From Betaproteobacteria bacterium RIFCSPLOWO2_02_64_14 (GTDB lineage: Bacteria; Pseudomonadota; Gammaproteobacteria; Burkholderiales; SG8-41), in the NCBI GenBank assembly GCA_001770325.1, contig MEQT01000096.1, forward strand, positions 1-46,340: a stretch of 46,340 nucleotides of DNA, given 5' to 3'. Under the pieces are notes generated by a model that was not told the DNA's origin, did no database searches, and saw only the letters and a list, made by a program, of their open reading frames with translations. Both the position numbers and the translations under genes were made by a program. Below, in pieces: positions 9,355 to 19,032 of this stretch (the stretch's first letter is position 1; every line of letters starts with the position of its first letter).

Positions 9355-10115
9355 ATCTGAACGGCGCCGTCACCGGAAGTGGACCCGATGTGGTGTTGAT
9401 GCACGGTTGGGGGGTAAACGCCGGTGTGTTGCACGGACTTGCAACGGCGCTGGCAGCGCGCTTCCGTGTGCATGCGCTCGACTTGCCCGGATACGGCGCG
9501 AGCCCATCGTGCGCGCCCTACTGCCTGCAGACGTTGGTGGAAATGATTGCACGCGATGCGCCGCGTTCGTGCCATGTCGTCGGATGGTCGCTCGGCGCGC
9601 TCGTTGCGATGGCATGGGCGCGAGCGGCGCCACGGCAGATCGTGCGCATGGCGCTGCTGGCAGCGACGCCCTGCTTCGCGCGCCGTGACGACTGGGCACA
9701 TGGCGTGGAAGCGCATGTGCTCGAGGCGTTTGCACGGGATTTGCCGGCCGATTACGAGGGTACGATCGGGCGCTTCATCGCGCTGCAGGTTCTCGGTGAC
9801 GCAGATGCGCGGCGGGTGGCGTCAGAGTTGCGGCGCCACGTGCCACGCAGCGAGCGGCCTGGCATCGAGGCGCTGAGCAGCGGCCTGCGGATTCTGCGCG
9901 ACACGGACCTGCGCAACGCACTCGCGCAAATTCCGCAGCAGACGCTGGTGGTTCATGGAGATCGCGATCGATTGATCCCACCTGCGGCCGGCCGGTACGT
10001 TGGCCGCGGCATTCCCGGCGCGAGCTTTGAACTGGTGCAGGGCGCGGCCCACGCGCCATTCCTGTCGGACTTGCCGAGGGTCAGCGAACTCGTGACGGAT
10101 TTCCTGCATGGATGA
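9351..10115 (+). CDS. bioH: Pimeloyl-ACP methyl ester carboxylesterase
   Basis: HGWG, DLPGYG, GWSLG, AHAPF; inside the bio operon. Confidence 0.95.
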   Translation: MNLNGAVTGSGPDVVLMHGWGVNAGVLHGLATALAARFRVHALDLPGYGASPSCAPYCLQTLVEMIARDAPRSCHVVGWSLGALVAMAWARAAPRQIVRMALLAATPCFARRDDWAHGVEAHVLEAFARDLPADYEGTIGRFIALQVLGDADARRVASELRRHVPRSERPGIEALSSGLRILRDTDLRNALAQIPQQTLVVHGDRDRLIPPAAGRYVGRGIPGASFELVQGAAHAPFLSDLPRVSELVTDFLHG

Positions 10116-10986
10116 ATCATTCCGCATCGACCGGCGGGCGCTGCGGCGTTCCTTCGAGCGGGCGGCGGCGACCTATGATGCGGCCGCGGTGCTGCAGAAT
10201 GAGGTGTGCCAACGCATGCTGGCACGGCTGGATTTCGTCAAGCAGGACCCGGCCGTGATTCTCGATGCCGGCTGCGGTACCGGCAACGCGCTGGCGGCGC
10301 TCGCGCGACGCTATCCCGCGGCGCGCATCATCGCGTTGGATATTGCGCTGCACATGGCCGAGCGTGCACGGGCGCGCACGCCGCGCTGGCGGCGGCTGTT
10401 GGGACGCGCGGCGCCGACCGCTCTTTGCGCAGATGTCGAGCATCTGCCTGTTGCCGCTGCCTCGTGCGCCCTGGTGTGGTCGAATCTCGTGCTGCAGTGG
10501 GTGAATGATCCCGCGAGTTCCTTCGGCGAGATGTATCGGGTGCTGTCGCCGGGCGGATTGCTGATGTTCAGCACGTTCGGCCCCGACACGCTGAAGGAAC
10601 TGCGCTCGGCCTATGACGGGACCGACCGCCATGTGCACGTCAACCGCTTCATCGACATGCACGATCTGGGGGACATGCTCTTGCATTGCGGTTTCGCCGA
10701 CCCCGTCATGGACATGGAACAGGTCACGCTCACCTACTCTGCAGTGCGCGACCTGATGCGGGATCTCAAGGCTATCGGCGCGCACAATCTTATGCGCGGC
10801 CGGCCGGCAGGGCTATCCGGCAGGCGCGGCCTCGCGACCGTAGTGCAGCGTTACGAAGCGTTCCGGCGCGAGGGCAAGCTCCCGGCCACGTTTGAAATCG
10901 TATATGGCCACGCGTGGAAACCGCAGCCGCGCCAGGGACCGTCCGGCCGTCCCGTCATCGACATCAGGGCGGAGAAACGGTCCTAG
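10108..10986 (+). CDS. bioC: Malonyl-ACP O-methyltransferase
   Basis: SFERAAATYD, LDAGCGTG, FGPDTLKEL, DMHDLGD. Confidence 0.96.
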   Translation: MDESFRIDRRALRRSFERAAATYDAAAVLQNEVCQRMLARLDFVKQDPAVILDAGCGTGNALAALARRYPAARIIALDIALHMAERARARTPRWRRLLGRAAPTALCADVEHLPVAAASCALVWSNLVLQWVNDPASSFGEMYRVLSPGGLLMFSTFGPDTLKELRSAYDGTDRHVHVNRFIDMHDLGDMLLHCGFADPVMDMEQVTLTYSAVRDLMRDLKAIGAHNLMRGRPAGLSGRRGLATVVQRYEAFRREGKLPATFEIVYGHAWKPQPRQGPSGRPVIDIRAEKRS

Positions 10987-11694
10987 GTGTCCGCTCGTCA
11001 CTCATCGCTCATCACTCGTCACGGGGTTTTCGTTACCGGCACCGATACGGGCGTCGGCAAGACGCTCGTCGCGTGCGCACTGATTCTTGCCGTCGCCGAG
11101 ACCGGCAGGCGCGTCGTGGGGATGAAGCCGGTAGCGGCCGGTGCGCAAGCCAACGCGCAGGGCGTGCTCGTCAACGATGACGTCGTGCGGATCATGGCAG
11201 CGAGTAACGTTGCCGCGCCTCAAACGAATGTGAATCCGTACTGCTTCGCGCCGGCGACCGCGCCGCATCTCGCCGCCCGCGCCAGTGGCGTCGAGATCGT
11301 ACTGGAAGTGATACTCGCCGCCTACTGGAAACTCGCGGCGCTTGCGGAGTTTGTCGTGGTGGAAGGGGTGGGAGGTTTCTGCGTGCCGCTCAATGCGCGC
11401 GAAGACAGCGCGGATCTCGCGCGGCACCTTGGGCTTCCGGTGCTGCTGGTGGTCGGCATGCGCCTGGGTTGCCTCAACCACACTTTGCTGACAGCACAGG
11501 CGATCCGCGCCCGGGGGCTCAGGCTTGCCGGCTGGATTGCCAATCGCATCGACCCGTCGATGGCGGTTGCCGAGGAGAATGTCACAGCGCTGGCCGAGCG
11601 CCTGGCCGCGCCACTGCTGGGCGAGATCGAGTTCACAGCGGCCCCGGATCCGCAACGCATCGCCGCGCTGCTTGATTCGTCCCATCTCATCTGA
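10987..11694 (+). CDS. bioD: Dethiobiotin synthetase
   Basis: TGTDTGVGKT, MKPVAAG, VEGVGG, LGCLNH. Confidence 0.97.
   Translation: MSARHSSLITRHGVFVTGTDTGVGKTLVACALILAVAETGRRVVGMKPVAAGAQANAQGVLVNDDVVRIMAASNVAAPQTNVNPYCFAPATAPHLAARASGVEIVLEVILAAYWKLAALAEFVVVEGVGGFCVPLNAREDSADLARHLGLPVLLVVGMRLGCLNHTLLTAQAIRARGLRLAGWIANRIDPSMAVAEENVTALAERLAAPLLGEIEFTAAPDPQRIAALLDSSHLI
10994..11021 (+). repeat. Heptamer tandem array inside the bioD 5' end
   Basis: CTCGTCA CTCATCG CTCATCA CTCGTCA. Confidence 0.8.
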
Positions 11695-11998
11695 ACGCCG
11701 CAAAACCACGTGCGTGCTGGCTTAGCGGTGTGCAATTCTGAGGATTGTGCTCGGCTTTCTGGTTGCCTAGAAGGTACAGGGTGTGCTAAATTTCTCGCGG
11801 TTTTTTGCTGTTGACGCTTGCGCGCTTGCATAGAGATCAGGGGCGGTGCATTGGACTACATTCTGGGGTGGCAAGCGGGATATACTTACGGCCCGCAGCA
11901 ATAACTCCCTGTCGTCGTCCGGGTTGACAATAAGTTCACGATACATTATTTAAACAAGGTCGTGGCTGACATTCAGGTTAGAGAGTGAGTAATACGGT

Positions 11999-13354
11999 AT
12001 GGTCATAGCAATCGTATTGATAATATTGATCGTTGGCTCTGTCCTTTTTCACTTTCTGAGCCCGTGGTACTTCACGCCGATCGCCTCTAATTGGGGCACG
12101 ATCGACGACACGATCAGCCTCACGTTCTGGGTTACGGGGGTCGTCTTCGTCGCCGTCAATTTGTTTATGGCTTATTGCGTGATACGCTTCCGTTACCGGA
12201 AGGAAAAGCGGGCGGATTACGAACCCGAGAACAAAAAACTGGAGGCGTGGCTTGTCGGATTGACCACAGTGGGCGTCATCGCCATGTTGGCCCCCGGTTT
12301 GGCGGTATGGGCGAAATTCGTCACCGTCCCGGAAAATGCGACGGTGATTGAGGCCGTGGGCCAGCAGTGGTACTGGAGCTATCGGTTCCCCGGGAAGGAC
12401 GGCAAGCTCGGTACGGTCGATTCCCGGCACGTCAGCGATAAAAATCCGTTTGGCATGAATCCCGACGATCCCAACGGACAGGATGACATCCTGATCACAA
12501 GTCCGGAGCTGCATCTCCCCATCGACAAGCCAGTCAAGGTGCTGCTCCGCTCTAAAGACGTGCTGCATAATTTCTCGGTGGCGCAGATCCGGGTCAAGAT
12601 GGATCTGGTGCCGGGTCTGGTCACCTATGTCTGGTTCATTCCCACCCGGACCGGGAACTTCGACCTCCTTTGCGAAGAATTATGCGGCATCGCACACTAC
12701 ACCATGCGCGGCAAACTCATCGTGGAAGAAGAGCGCGCGTTTCAGACGTGGTTAAGCAGCTATCCGACGTTCGCCCAAACCTCGGCTCAGGCTGCCGGCG
12801 ATGCTGCCGCAGGCAAGCCACTCTATGCGGTGTGTGCTGCCTGTCATGGCGTGCAGGCGGAGGGTAACGCTGCGCTGCATGCGCCGAAACTGAGCGGGCA
12901 AGGTGACTGGTACCTGAAACGGCAATTGAAGTATTACAAGCAAGGCGTCCGGGGGGCACACGACAAGGATGTTTTCGGTAAAATGATGGCGCCCATGGCG
13001 GCGACGCTGGGTGATGACTCCGCCATCAATAATGTCAGCGCTTATATCAGGACGCTGCCGGATAATCCGGCCCCGGCCACGGTGAAGGGAAATGCGAATA
13101 ACGGTCAAACGCGCTATGCGACCTGTGCGGTCTGCCACGGTGCTAATGGGCGCGGCATACAGGCGATGAATGCCCCCGGGCTGAAGGGTATGAGTGATTG
13201 GTATCTGGTCACTCAATTGAAAAATTTCAAGCAGGGTATTCGCGGCGCCCATCCGCAAGACATGTACGGAGGCCAGATGGCATTGATGGCCGCGATTCTG
13301 ACCGACGACCGGGCAGTCGATGATCTCGTTGCCTACATCAGCACCTTGAAATGA
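11999..13354 (+). CDS. coxM: Alternative cytochrome c oxidase subunit II (CoxM-like) fused to a di-heme cytochrome c4-like domain
   Basis: TM hairpin; CuA ligands DVLHNF...CEELCGIAHYTM; two CxxCH motifs (CAACH, CAVCH), each followed by a c4-like APxLxG...WYL..QL segment. Confidence 0.9.
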   Translation: MVIAIVLIILIVGSVLFHFLSPWYFTPIASNWGTIDDTISLTFWVTGVVFVAVNLFMAYCVIRFRYRKEKRADYEPENKKLEAWLVGLTTVGVIAMLAPGLAVWAKFVTVPENATVIEAVGQQWYWSYRFPGKDGKLGTVDSRHVSDKNPFGMNPDDPNGQDDILITSPELHLPIDKPVKVLLRSKDVLHNFSVAQIRVKMDLVPGLVTYVWFIPTRTGNFDLLCEELCGIAHYTMRGKLIVEEERAFQTWLSSYPTFAQTSAQAAGDAAAGKPLYAVCAACHGVQAEGNAALHAPKLSGQGDWYLKRQLKYYKQGVRGAHDKDVFGKMMAPMAATLGDDSAINNVSAYIRTLPDNPAPATVKGNANNGQTRYATCAVCHGANGRGIQAMNAPGLKGMSDWYLVTQLKNFKQGIRGAHPQDMYGGQMALMAAILTDDRAVDDLVAYISTLK

Positions 13355-13442
13355 CCGGCCGGCTCGAGCGCCGTATATTATCGTGCTGATGAGACTCAGG
13401 CGAATAGCGCATTAATGAAGCAGTAGTGACGAGGAGATTTTG

Positions 13443-15218
13443 ATGGATTACGTTGCGCATGACGCATCGGATTTCGCCCGACCTGCCGAAGTCGAGGAGA
13501 TGGAACTCTACCATCCGAAGACTTTCATCGGGAAATACATCTGGAGCCAGGACGCGAAAGTCATCGCCGTTCAGTACGCGATCACCGCCATCGGAATAGG
13601 GTTGGTGGCGTTGGTGCTGTCGTGGTTGATGCGGCTGCAACTGGCTTTCCCGAACAGCTTCTCCTTTATCGACCCCAGCAACTACCTTCAGTTCGTCACC
13701 ATGCACGGCATGATCATGGTCATCTACCTGCTCACCGCGCTGTTCTTGGGAGGGTTTGGCAACTACCTCATCCCGCTGATGGTCGGCGCCCGCGATATGG
13801 TTTTCCCCTATGTCAACATGGTGAGTTACTGGGTCTATCTGACCGCCGTGCTGTTACTGGTCGCGAGTTTCTTCGTGCCGGGCGGGCCTACGGGCGCCGG
13901 CTGGACCTTGTACCCGCCCCAGGCGATCCTCCAGGGCACTCCGGGGGCGACCTGGGGCATTATTTTGATGCTCGTTTCTCTGGCTTTCTTCATCATCGGC
14001 TTCACCATGGGCGGTTTGAATTATGTGGTGACGGTGTTGCAGGCCCGCACGCGGGGGATGACGATGATGCGCCTGCCCCTGACGGTGTGGGGCATTTTCA
14101 CCGCCACCGTCCTGGCGCTGTTGGCCTTTCCCGCGCTGTTCGTCAGCGCCATCATGATGATGTTGGACGTGACACTGGGCACGAGTTTCTTTATGCCCGC
14201 CATCGTCTCGATGGGGCAACAGCTTGACTACACAGGAGGCAGTCCGGTGTTGTTTCAACACCTGTTCTGGTTCTTCGGCCATCCCGAGGTCTACATTGTC
14301 GCCCTGCCGGCGTTCGGCATCGTCTCCGACCTGATCAGTGTGCATGCCAGAAAAAATATCTTCGGCTATCGGATGATGGTGTGGGCGATTGTGGCCATCG
14401 GCGGCTTGAGCTTCATCGTCTGGGCGCACCACATGTACGTCAGCGGTATGAACCCGTACTTCGGCTTCTTTTTCGCCACCACCACGCTGATCATCGCCGT
14501 CCCCACGGCCCTCAAGGTCTACAACTGGGTGCTGACGCTGTGGCGCGGCAACATCCACCTCACGGTCCCGATGCTGTTTGCCATCGGGTTCATCTTCACG
14601 TTTATCAACGGCGGGTTAACGGGCCTGTTCCTCGGTAACGTGACCGTGGACGTCCCGCTTTCCGACACCATGTTTGTGGTCGCCCACTTCCATATGGTCA
14701 TGGCCATTGCACCCATCCTGGTGGTGTTCGGGGCGATCTACCACTGGTACCCCAAGATCACCGGGCGCATGCTGAACGATACCCTGGGCAAATTTCACTT
14801 CTGGGTCACCTTCGTCGGGAGCTACGCCATCTATTACCCCATGCACTACCTGGGCTTTGCGGGCGTGCCGCGCCGGTATTATGCAATTGGAGGCACGAAC
14901 TTTATCCCCGAATCGGCGCAAGCCTTGAACGCCAGTATCACCATCGCGGCGCTGATCGTGGGTGTCGTCCAGGTAGTATTTTTGTACAACCTGGTCTGGA
15001 GTTATTTCAAAGGCAAGCCATCGGGGAGCAATCCCTGGAGCGCCACCACGCTGGAGTGGCAAACCGCCGACACTCCGCCGAAGCACGGCAACTTTGGCGA
15101 GACGTTACCGGTGGTCTATCGTTGGGCATACGATTACAGCGTGCCGGGTGCCAAAGAGGACTTCATACCGCAAAACGTCCCGCCGCGAGACGTCGTCCTC
15201 AGCAGCAATAAGACGTAG
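13443..15218 (+). CDS. coxN: Alternative cytochrome c oxidase subunit I (CoxN-like), family A1
   Basis: TMHG, RDMVFP (D-channel Asp), FGHPEVY, WAHH, PTALKVYNW (K-channel Lys), HFH, PRR. Confidence 0.93.
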   Translation: MDYVAHDASDFARPAEVEEMELYHPKTFIGKYIWSQDAKVIAVQYAITAIGIGLVALVLSWLMRLQLAFPNSFSFIDPSNYLQFVTMHGMIMVIYLLTALFLGGFGNYLIPLMVGARDMVFPYVNMVSYWVYLTAVLLLVASFFVPGGPTGAGWTLYPPQAILQGTPGATWGIILMLVSLAFFIIGFTMGGLNYVVTVLQARTRGMTMMRLPLTVWGIFTATVLALLAFPALFVSAIMMMLDVTLGTSFFMPAIVSMGQQLDYTGGSPVLFQHLFWFFGHPEVYIVALPAFGIVSDLISVHARKNIFGYRMMVWAIVAIGGLSFIVWAHHMYVSGMNPYFGFFFATTTLIIAVPTALKVYNWVLTLWRGNIHLTVPMLFAIGFIFTFINGGLTGLFLGNVTVDVPLSDTMFVVAHFHMVMAIAPILVVFGAIYHWYPKITGRMLNDTLGKFHFWVTFVGSYAIYYPMHYLGFAGVPRRYYAIGGTNFIPESAQALNASITIAALIVGVVQVVFLYNLVWSYFKGKPSGSNPWSATTLEWQTADTPPKHGNFGETLPVVYRWAYDYSVPGAKEDFIPQNVPPRDVVLSSNKT

Positions 15219-15244
15219 TCGGCCAGGAATCCAACGACGTGACT

Positions 15245-15895
15245 ATGTTTCATCAATTGATGGCCAAGCCTTGGGTGACGGCCCAGGGCAAGGTCGATGA
15301 CCTTTACGCGGGAGGCGCATCTTCTGCGCTGGCGAAGCGACTCGCTTTGAGGGTATTTCTTGCAGTGGTCGCGGTCCTGTTCTTCCTTTTGGTTACCGCA
15401 TATGGTACCCGGATGGCGTACGAGGACTGGCGTCCCGCGCCCCAGGTAAGCCTGTTGTGGGCGAATACGTTGGTGCTGATATTGAGCAGCATCGCCTTGC
15501 AATGGGCGCAGTATTCAGTACGTCGGGGGCGGATGGACGCCATGCGAGTCGGCCTGCTTGCTGCCGGCGCTTTCACCGTGGTTTTTCTGTTTGGGCAGTT
15601 CCTGGCCTGGCGGCAACTCGCCACGATGGTTTATTTTGACGTAATGAATCCGGCCGTCGCATTTTTTTATCTGATCACGGGAGTGCACGGGCTGCACCTG
15701 GTGGGCGGTTTGGTGGCCTGGGGCAGGACCGTCGCCAGAGTGTGGGGCGATTTTGACGTGGGGAAGGTCAGGCAGAGCGTGGAACTCTGTACCACGTACT
15801 GGCACTTCCTGCTGCTGGTTTGGCTGGTGCTTTTTGGTCTGCTGTTTACGGGAAATAATTTGGACCTTCTATTGAAGCTCTGCGGGATCAGGTAA
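15245..15895 (+). CDS. coxO: Oxidase subunit III-like protein (CoxO)
   Basis: NTLVLILSS, FFYLITGVHGLH, YWHFL. Confidence 0.88.
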   Translation: MFHQLMAKPWVTAQGKVDDLYAGGASSALAKRLALRVFLAVVAVLFFLLVTAYGTRMAYEDWRPAPQVSLLWANTLVLILSSIALQWAQYSVRRGRMDAMRVGLLAAGAFTVVFLFGQFLAWRQLATMVYFDVMNPAVAFFYLITGVHGLHLVGGLVAWGRTVARVWGDFDVGKVRQSVELCTTYWHFLLLVWLVLFGLLFTGNNLDLLLKLCGIR

Positions 15896-15909
15896 ACGGG
15901 GCCAGGGAC

Positions 15910-16641
15910 ATGACACAAGCTCAAGCGATTCAGACAAATCCAGGAGAACCCCTACCTCTGCCTGAGGGCATGCAAGGCATCGTCGCCGACTGGTCCTCCG
16001 ACCAGAGGGCGTTCAAGAATGTCCCCTGGGGCAAGGCCATGATGTGGATCTTCCTCCTCAGCGATACCTTCATCTTCAGCTCTTTTTTGATCTCGTACAT
16101 GACGGTGCGAATGTCCGCCACGGAGCCCTGGCCCAACCCCAGTGAGGTTTTCGCGTTGACACTGTTCGGCGAGAAAATCCCCCTCATCCTGATCGCCATC
16201 ATGACCTTCATCCTGATCAGCAGCAGCGGGACGATGGCGATGGCTGTCAAATTCGGTTATGAAAAAAATAGGAAGATGACCTTTATCCTGTTGCTGATCA
16301 CCGCGGCATTTGGAGCAACCTTCGTCGGGATGCAGGCCTTCGAGTGGACCAAGCTGATTGTGGAAGAGGGGGTACGCCCCTGGGGCAATCCCATGGGCGC
16401 GGCCCAGTTTGGCTCGAGCTTTTTCATGATCACGGGTTTCCATGGCACCCACGTGTCGATCGGCGTGATATTCCTGATCATCGTGGCGATCAAGGTGCTG
16501 CGGGGGGATCTGGATCACGAAAGGCCGGGCTTTCTGACCGGCAGGAAGGGAAAATACGAGATCGTCGAAATCATGGGCCTGTATTGGCACTTCGTCGATC
16601 TGGTGTGGGTATTCATCTTCGCAGTCTTCTATCTTTGGTAA
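15910..16641 (+). CDS. coxP: Oxidase subunit III-like protein (CoxP)
   Basis: WGKAMMWIFLLSDTF, FFMITGFHGTHV, GLYWHFVDLVW. Confidence 0.9.
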   Translation: MTQAQAIQTNPGEPLPLPEGMQGIVADWSSDQRAFKNVPWGKAMMWIFLLSDTFIFSSFLISYMTVRMSATEPWPNPSEVFALTLFGEKIPLILIAIMTFILISSSGTMAMAVKFGYEKNRKMTFILLLITAAFGATFVGMQAFEWTKLIVEEGVRPWGNPMGAAQFGSSFFMITGFHGTHVSIGVIFLIIVAIKVLRGDLDHERPGFLTGRKGKYEIVEIMGLYWHFVDLVWVFIFAVFYLW

Positions 16642-16649
16642 GGGAAAAC

Positions 16650-16739
16650 ATGGCGCACGCAGAAGGGCAGCAACATCCCGTGGCGCACGCAGGAGGGCAA
16701 CAACATTCCATCGCGCACGCAGAAGGGCAACAACATCCG
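16650..16739 (+). repeat. 30-bp triple tandem repeat encoding a His-rich N-terminus
   Basis: MAHAEGQQHP / VAHAGGQQHS / IAHAEGQQHP. Confidence 0.95.
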
Positions 16740-17036
16740 ATCGGCATTTATCTCAAGATCTGGGCATTGCTGTTTGTTCTCAGCACAGCGTCTTATCTTG
16801 TTGACTACTTCCACTTTCAGGGCTACCTCAGGTGGTTTTTGATCATCGTATTCATGTTGCTGAAGGCCGGGCTGATCGTGGCTGTGTTCATGCACATGAT
16901 GTGGGAGCGGCTGGCTTTGTTGTATGCGATTCTGGTTCCGACGCTGTTGTTGATGGTACTTTTGGGCATCGGGGCGCTTGAAGCGGACTACACCTTCTTT
17001 ACGCGGAGCGTGTTTTTCGTGAAGGGATTGTTCTAG
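16650..17036 (+). CDS. coxQ: Oxidase subunit IV family protein (CoxQ)
   Basis: QQHPIGIYLKIW, KAGLIVAVFMHMMWER; three TM helices. Confidence 0.88.
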   Translation: MAHAEGQQHPVAHAGGQQHSIAHAEGQQHPIGIYLKIWALLFVLSTASYLVDYFHFQGYLRWFLIIVFMLLKAGLIVAVFMHMMWERLALLYAILVPTLLLMVLLGIGALEADYTFFTRSVFFVKGLF

Positions 17037-17104
17037 CGTAGCCGGATCGAATTGCGGCGCGCCCATCGACTGCCGAACCCCGTTCCTTACTACAAGAGCT
17101 GCCA

Positions 17105-17608
17105 ATGACTGTAAAGCGTAACGCGATGAACGTTTCCATTATTCTCGGGATCGGTATAGTGCTGATGCTGTTTTTTTTCGTACTTGTGGTCCATCACCGC
17201 GAGATCCCCGCCCGAGTCCAACAGCAGCGCGGTGCGCTTTTGGGCACCAATTCAACTGTGGCCGAGCGGATCAAGCCCGTCGGCCAGGTCGACCTCGCTC
17301 CGGCAAAAACACAGCAGGCGCCTGTGAAAATCGCGGTGACCGCGCCGCCGCCCGCCCGCGACGGACAACAGGTCTACCAGGCCGGCTGTGTCGCCTGCCA
17401 CGGTGCCGGTATCGCCGGCGCGCCGAAGCTGGGTGATAAGGGCCAGTGGGCCAAGCGCATCGCCAAGGGCGCCGACACTCTCTACGCCAGCGCCGTTAAT
17501 GGGGTACAGGGGAGCGGGGGAGCGATGCCGGCCAAAGGCGGGAACCCGGCGCTGAGCGACGCCGAGGTCAAGGCCGCGGTCGACTACATGGTAGCGCAGT
17601 CGAAATAA
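17105..17608 (+). CDS. Membrane-anchored mono-heme cytochrome c5 (start may be 17126)
   Basis: TM segment, ERIKPVG, CVACH, GAPKLGD...W..RI, AMPAKGG. Confidence 0.92.
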   Translation: MTVKRNAMNVSIILGIGIVLMLFFFVLVVHHREIPARVQQQRGALLGTNSTVAERIKPVGQVDLAPAKTQQAPVKIAVTAPPPARDGQQVYQAGCVACHGAGIAGAPKLGDKGQWAKRIAKGADTLYASAVNGVQGSGGAMPAKGGNPALSDAEVKAAVDYMVAQSK

Positions 17609-17720
17609 GCGGCAGAAACGGTAATACTCCCGAAGCTTCGTTTATTGCAGGATTGGATTCCTGTTTTGCCGATTCACGCCGGGGGCCGTAGAGATCACCG
17701 GTCCTGCCGTTTGCCGGTTT

Positions 17721-18152
17721 TTATTTGCGGACCTCGAAGGCGACGGGTAAAACAGGGCCGCCGCGGAATTCCAGGTTGATGACAACCGAGTTGCCGGCGC
17801 GCAGCGTCCGTTTCGGGTTCATCAGCATCAGATGATAACCTCCCGGCGCAAAAATCAAACTCGCGTTGGGTGCAAGCTCGATTTGCGGCGCGTGTTCCAT
17901 GCCCGCCATGCCGTTCTTGACGATCGTGCGGTGAATCATCACGGTCTCAAAGTCGGAACTGTGCGCGGCCACGATTACTTGTGATCGTGACGTGTTGTTT
18001 TGCAACGCCATGTACCCCGCCATCATGGCCACGCCGGGCGGCGATTCCCGCACCCAGGCATTGCGTACGGAAACACCGGCCTCTTCGCTCGCAGCGGCGA
18101 TAAGGGTCAGCGCCAACATCAGGGCGGCAAAAACCGGATTTCGCCATCTCAC
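17721..18152 (-). CDS. Periplasmic copper chaperone PCu(A)C
   Basis: Signal peptide, NAWVR, H-x10-M...PGGYHLML copper motif. Confidence 0.93.
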   Translation of the reverse strand: MRWRNPVFAALMLALTLIAAASEEAGVSVRNAWVRESPPGVAMMAGYMALQNNTSRSQVIVAAHSSDFETVMIHRTIVKNGMAGMEHAPQIELAPNASLIFAPGGYHLMLMNPKRTLRAGNSVVINLEFRGGPVLPVAFEVRK

Positions 18153-18811
18153 GTCGGTTTAGCTCCTTCAATTTGTCGCAGCACTTTGAAACGCCTGCTG
18201 ATAGTTTCCGCATCAAGGGGCGGCGTGAACATGGCATGATATCGGGCCCGCGGATCCACCAGAAATACCGCCGTGGAGTGATAGACGGGATAGTTTTCCA
18301 TGCCCGGTGCGAATGCAACCTGATACGCGGCGCCTAGCTGACGAGCCAGGTTACCGATCTGCACGTCGTTTCCCGTCACGCCGAGAAAGGTCGTATCAAA
18401 ATAGTCCACGTATTGCCTGAGCTTGCCAGCGGTATCGCGATTTGGATCCACTGAAATAAAGACGAATTGGACATCTTCGGCACCGACCACACTTTTGGCG
18501 ATGTTGTCACGCGCGCGGGCCAATATCGCCAGGGTCGTCGGACAGATGTCCGGGCAATGGGTAAAGCCGAAAAAAAGAAAGGACCATTTGTCCTTCAGGC
18601 GTGAAAGATCGAATACCCGATTCTGATGATCGGTTAGCGCAAAGGCCGTCAGTGGCTTCGGAACAGGGAACAATGTCATCACCCGATCCGGCAGCAACCT
18701 GGCCCGCGAATCGTTTTCCCGATCTGATGCAGCAAGCCACACTCCGGCAAGTATTGCGGCGAGCGCGACGGTTGTCATCATGATGCTGAATTTGAGAGAT
18801 ATTTTGTTCAT
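18149..18811 (-). CDS. SCO1/SenC copper chaperone
   Basis: FGFTHCPDICP, SVDPNRD, VYHS. Confidence 0.95.
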   Translation of the reverse strand: MNKISLKFSIMMTTVALAAILAGVWLAASDRENDSRARLLPDRVMTLFPVPKPLTAFALTDHQNRVFDLSRLKDKWSFLFFGFTHCPDICPTTLAILARARDNIAKSVVGAEDVQFVFISVDPNRDTAGKLRQYVDYFDTTFLGVTGNDVQIGNLARQLGAAYQVAFAPGMENYPVYHSTAVFLVDPRARYHAMFTPPLDAETISRRFKVLRQIEGAKPT

Positions 18812-19007
18812 GACTACTCAATGAGGAAATCCTGAGTCCGCCGCCGACTACGTGGTGGCGCGGTCAAAGTATCCGGTATAACCCGAACAAAACCAAATGT
18901 TTCCTGCAGGGCGGGATTCGAGGTGTCGGTGGAACCAGTGTGAAACGGCTGATCCCGTTCCTGCCGGCTCCACTTGCGGGTGGGATTTTAGCGCCTTCTT
19001 CAAAATC

Positions 19008-19032
19008 AAAAGGCGGCCGAGGCCGCCTTTTT
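19008..19032. terminator. Bidirectional intrinsic terminator downstream of the HiPIP remnant
   Basis: AAAAGGCGGC-CGAG-GCCGCCTTTTT. Confidence 0.85.

Noticed and set aside
11695-11998. FNR box or firm sigma70 promoter for coxM
   Set aside because: No TTGAT-N4-ATCAA. TTGACA (11924) has only a weak -10 at proper spacing, and TATACT (11881) lacks a -35.
13385-13410. CTGATGA as a hammerhead ribozyme core
   Set aside because: No paired stem II, and GAAT occurs instead of GAAA.
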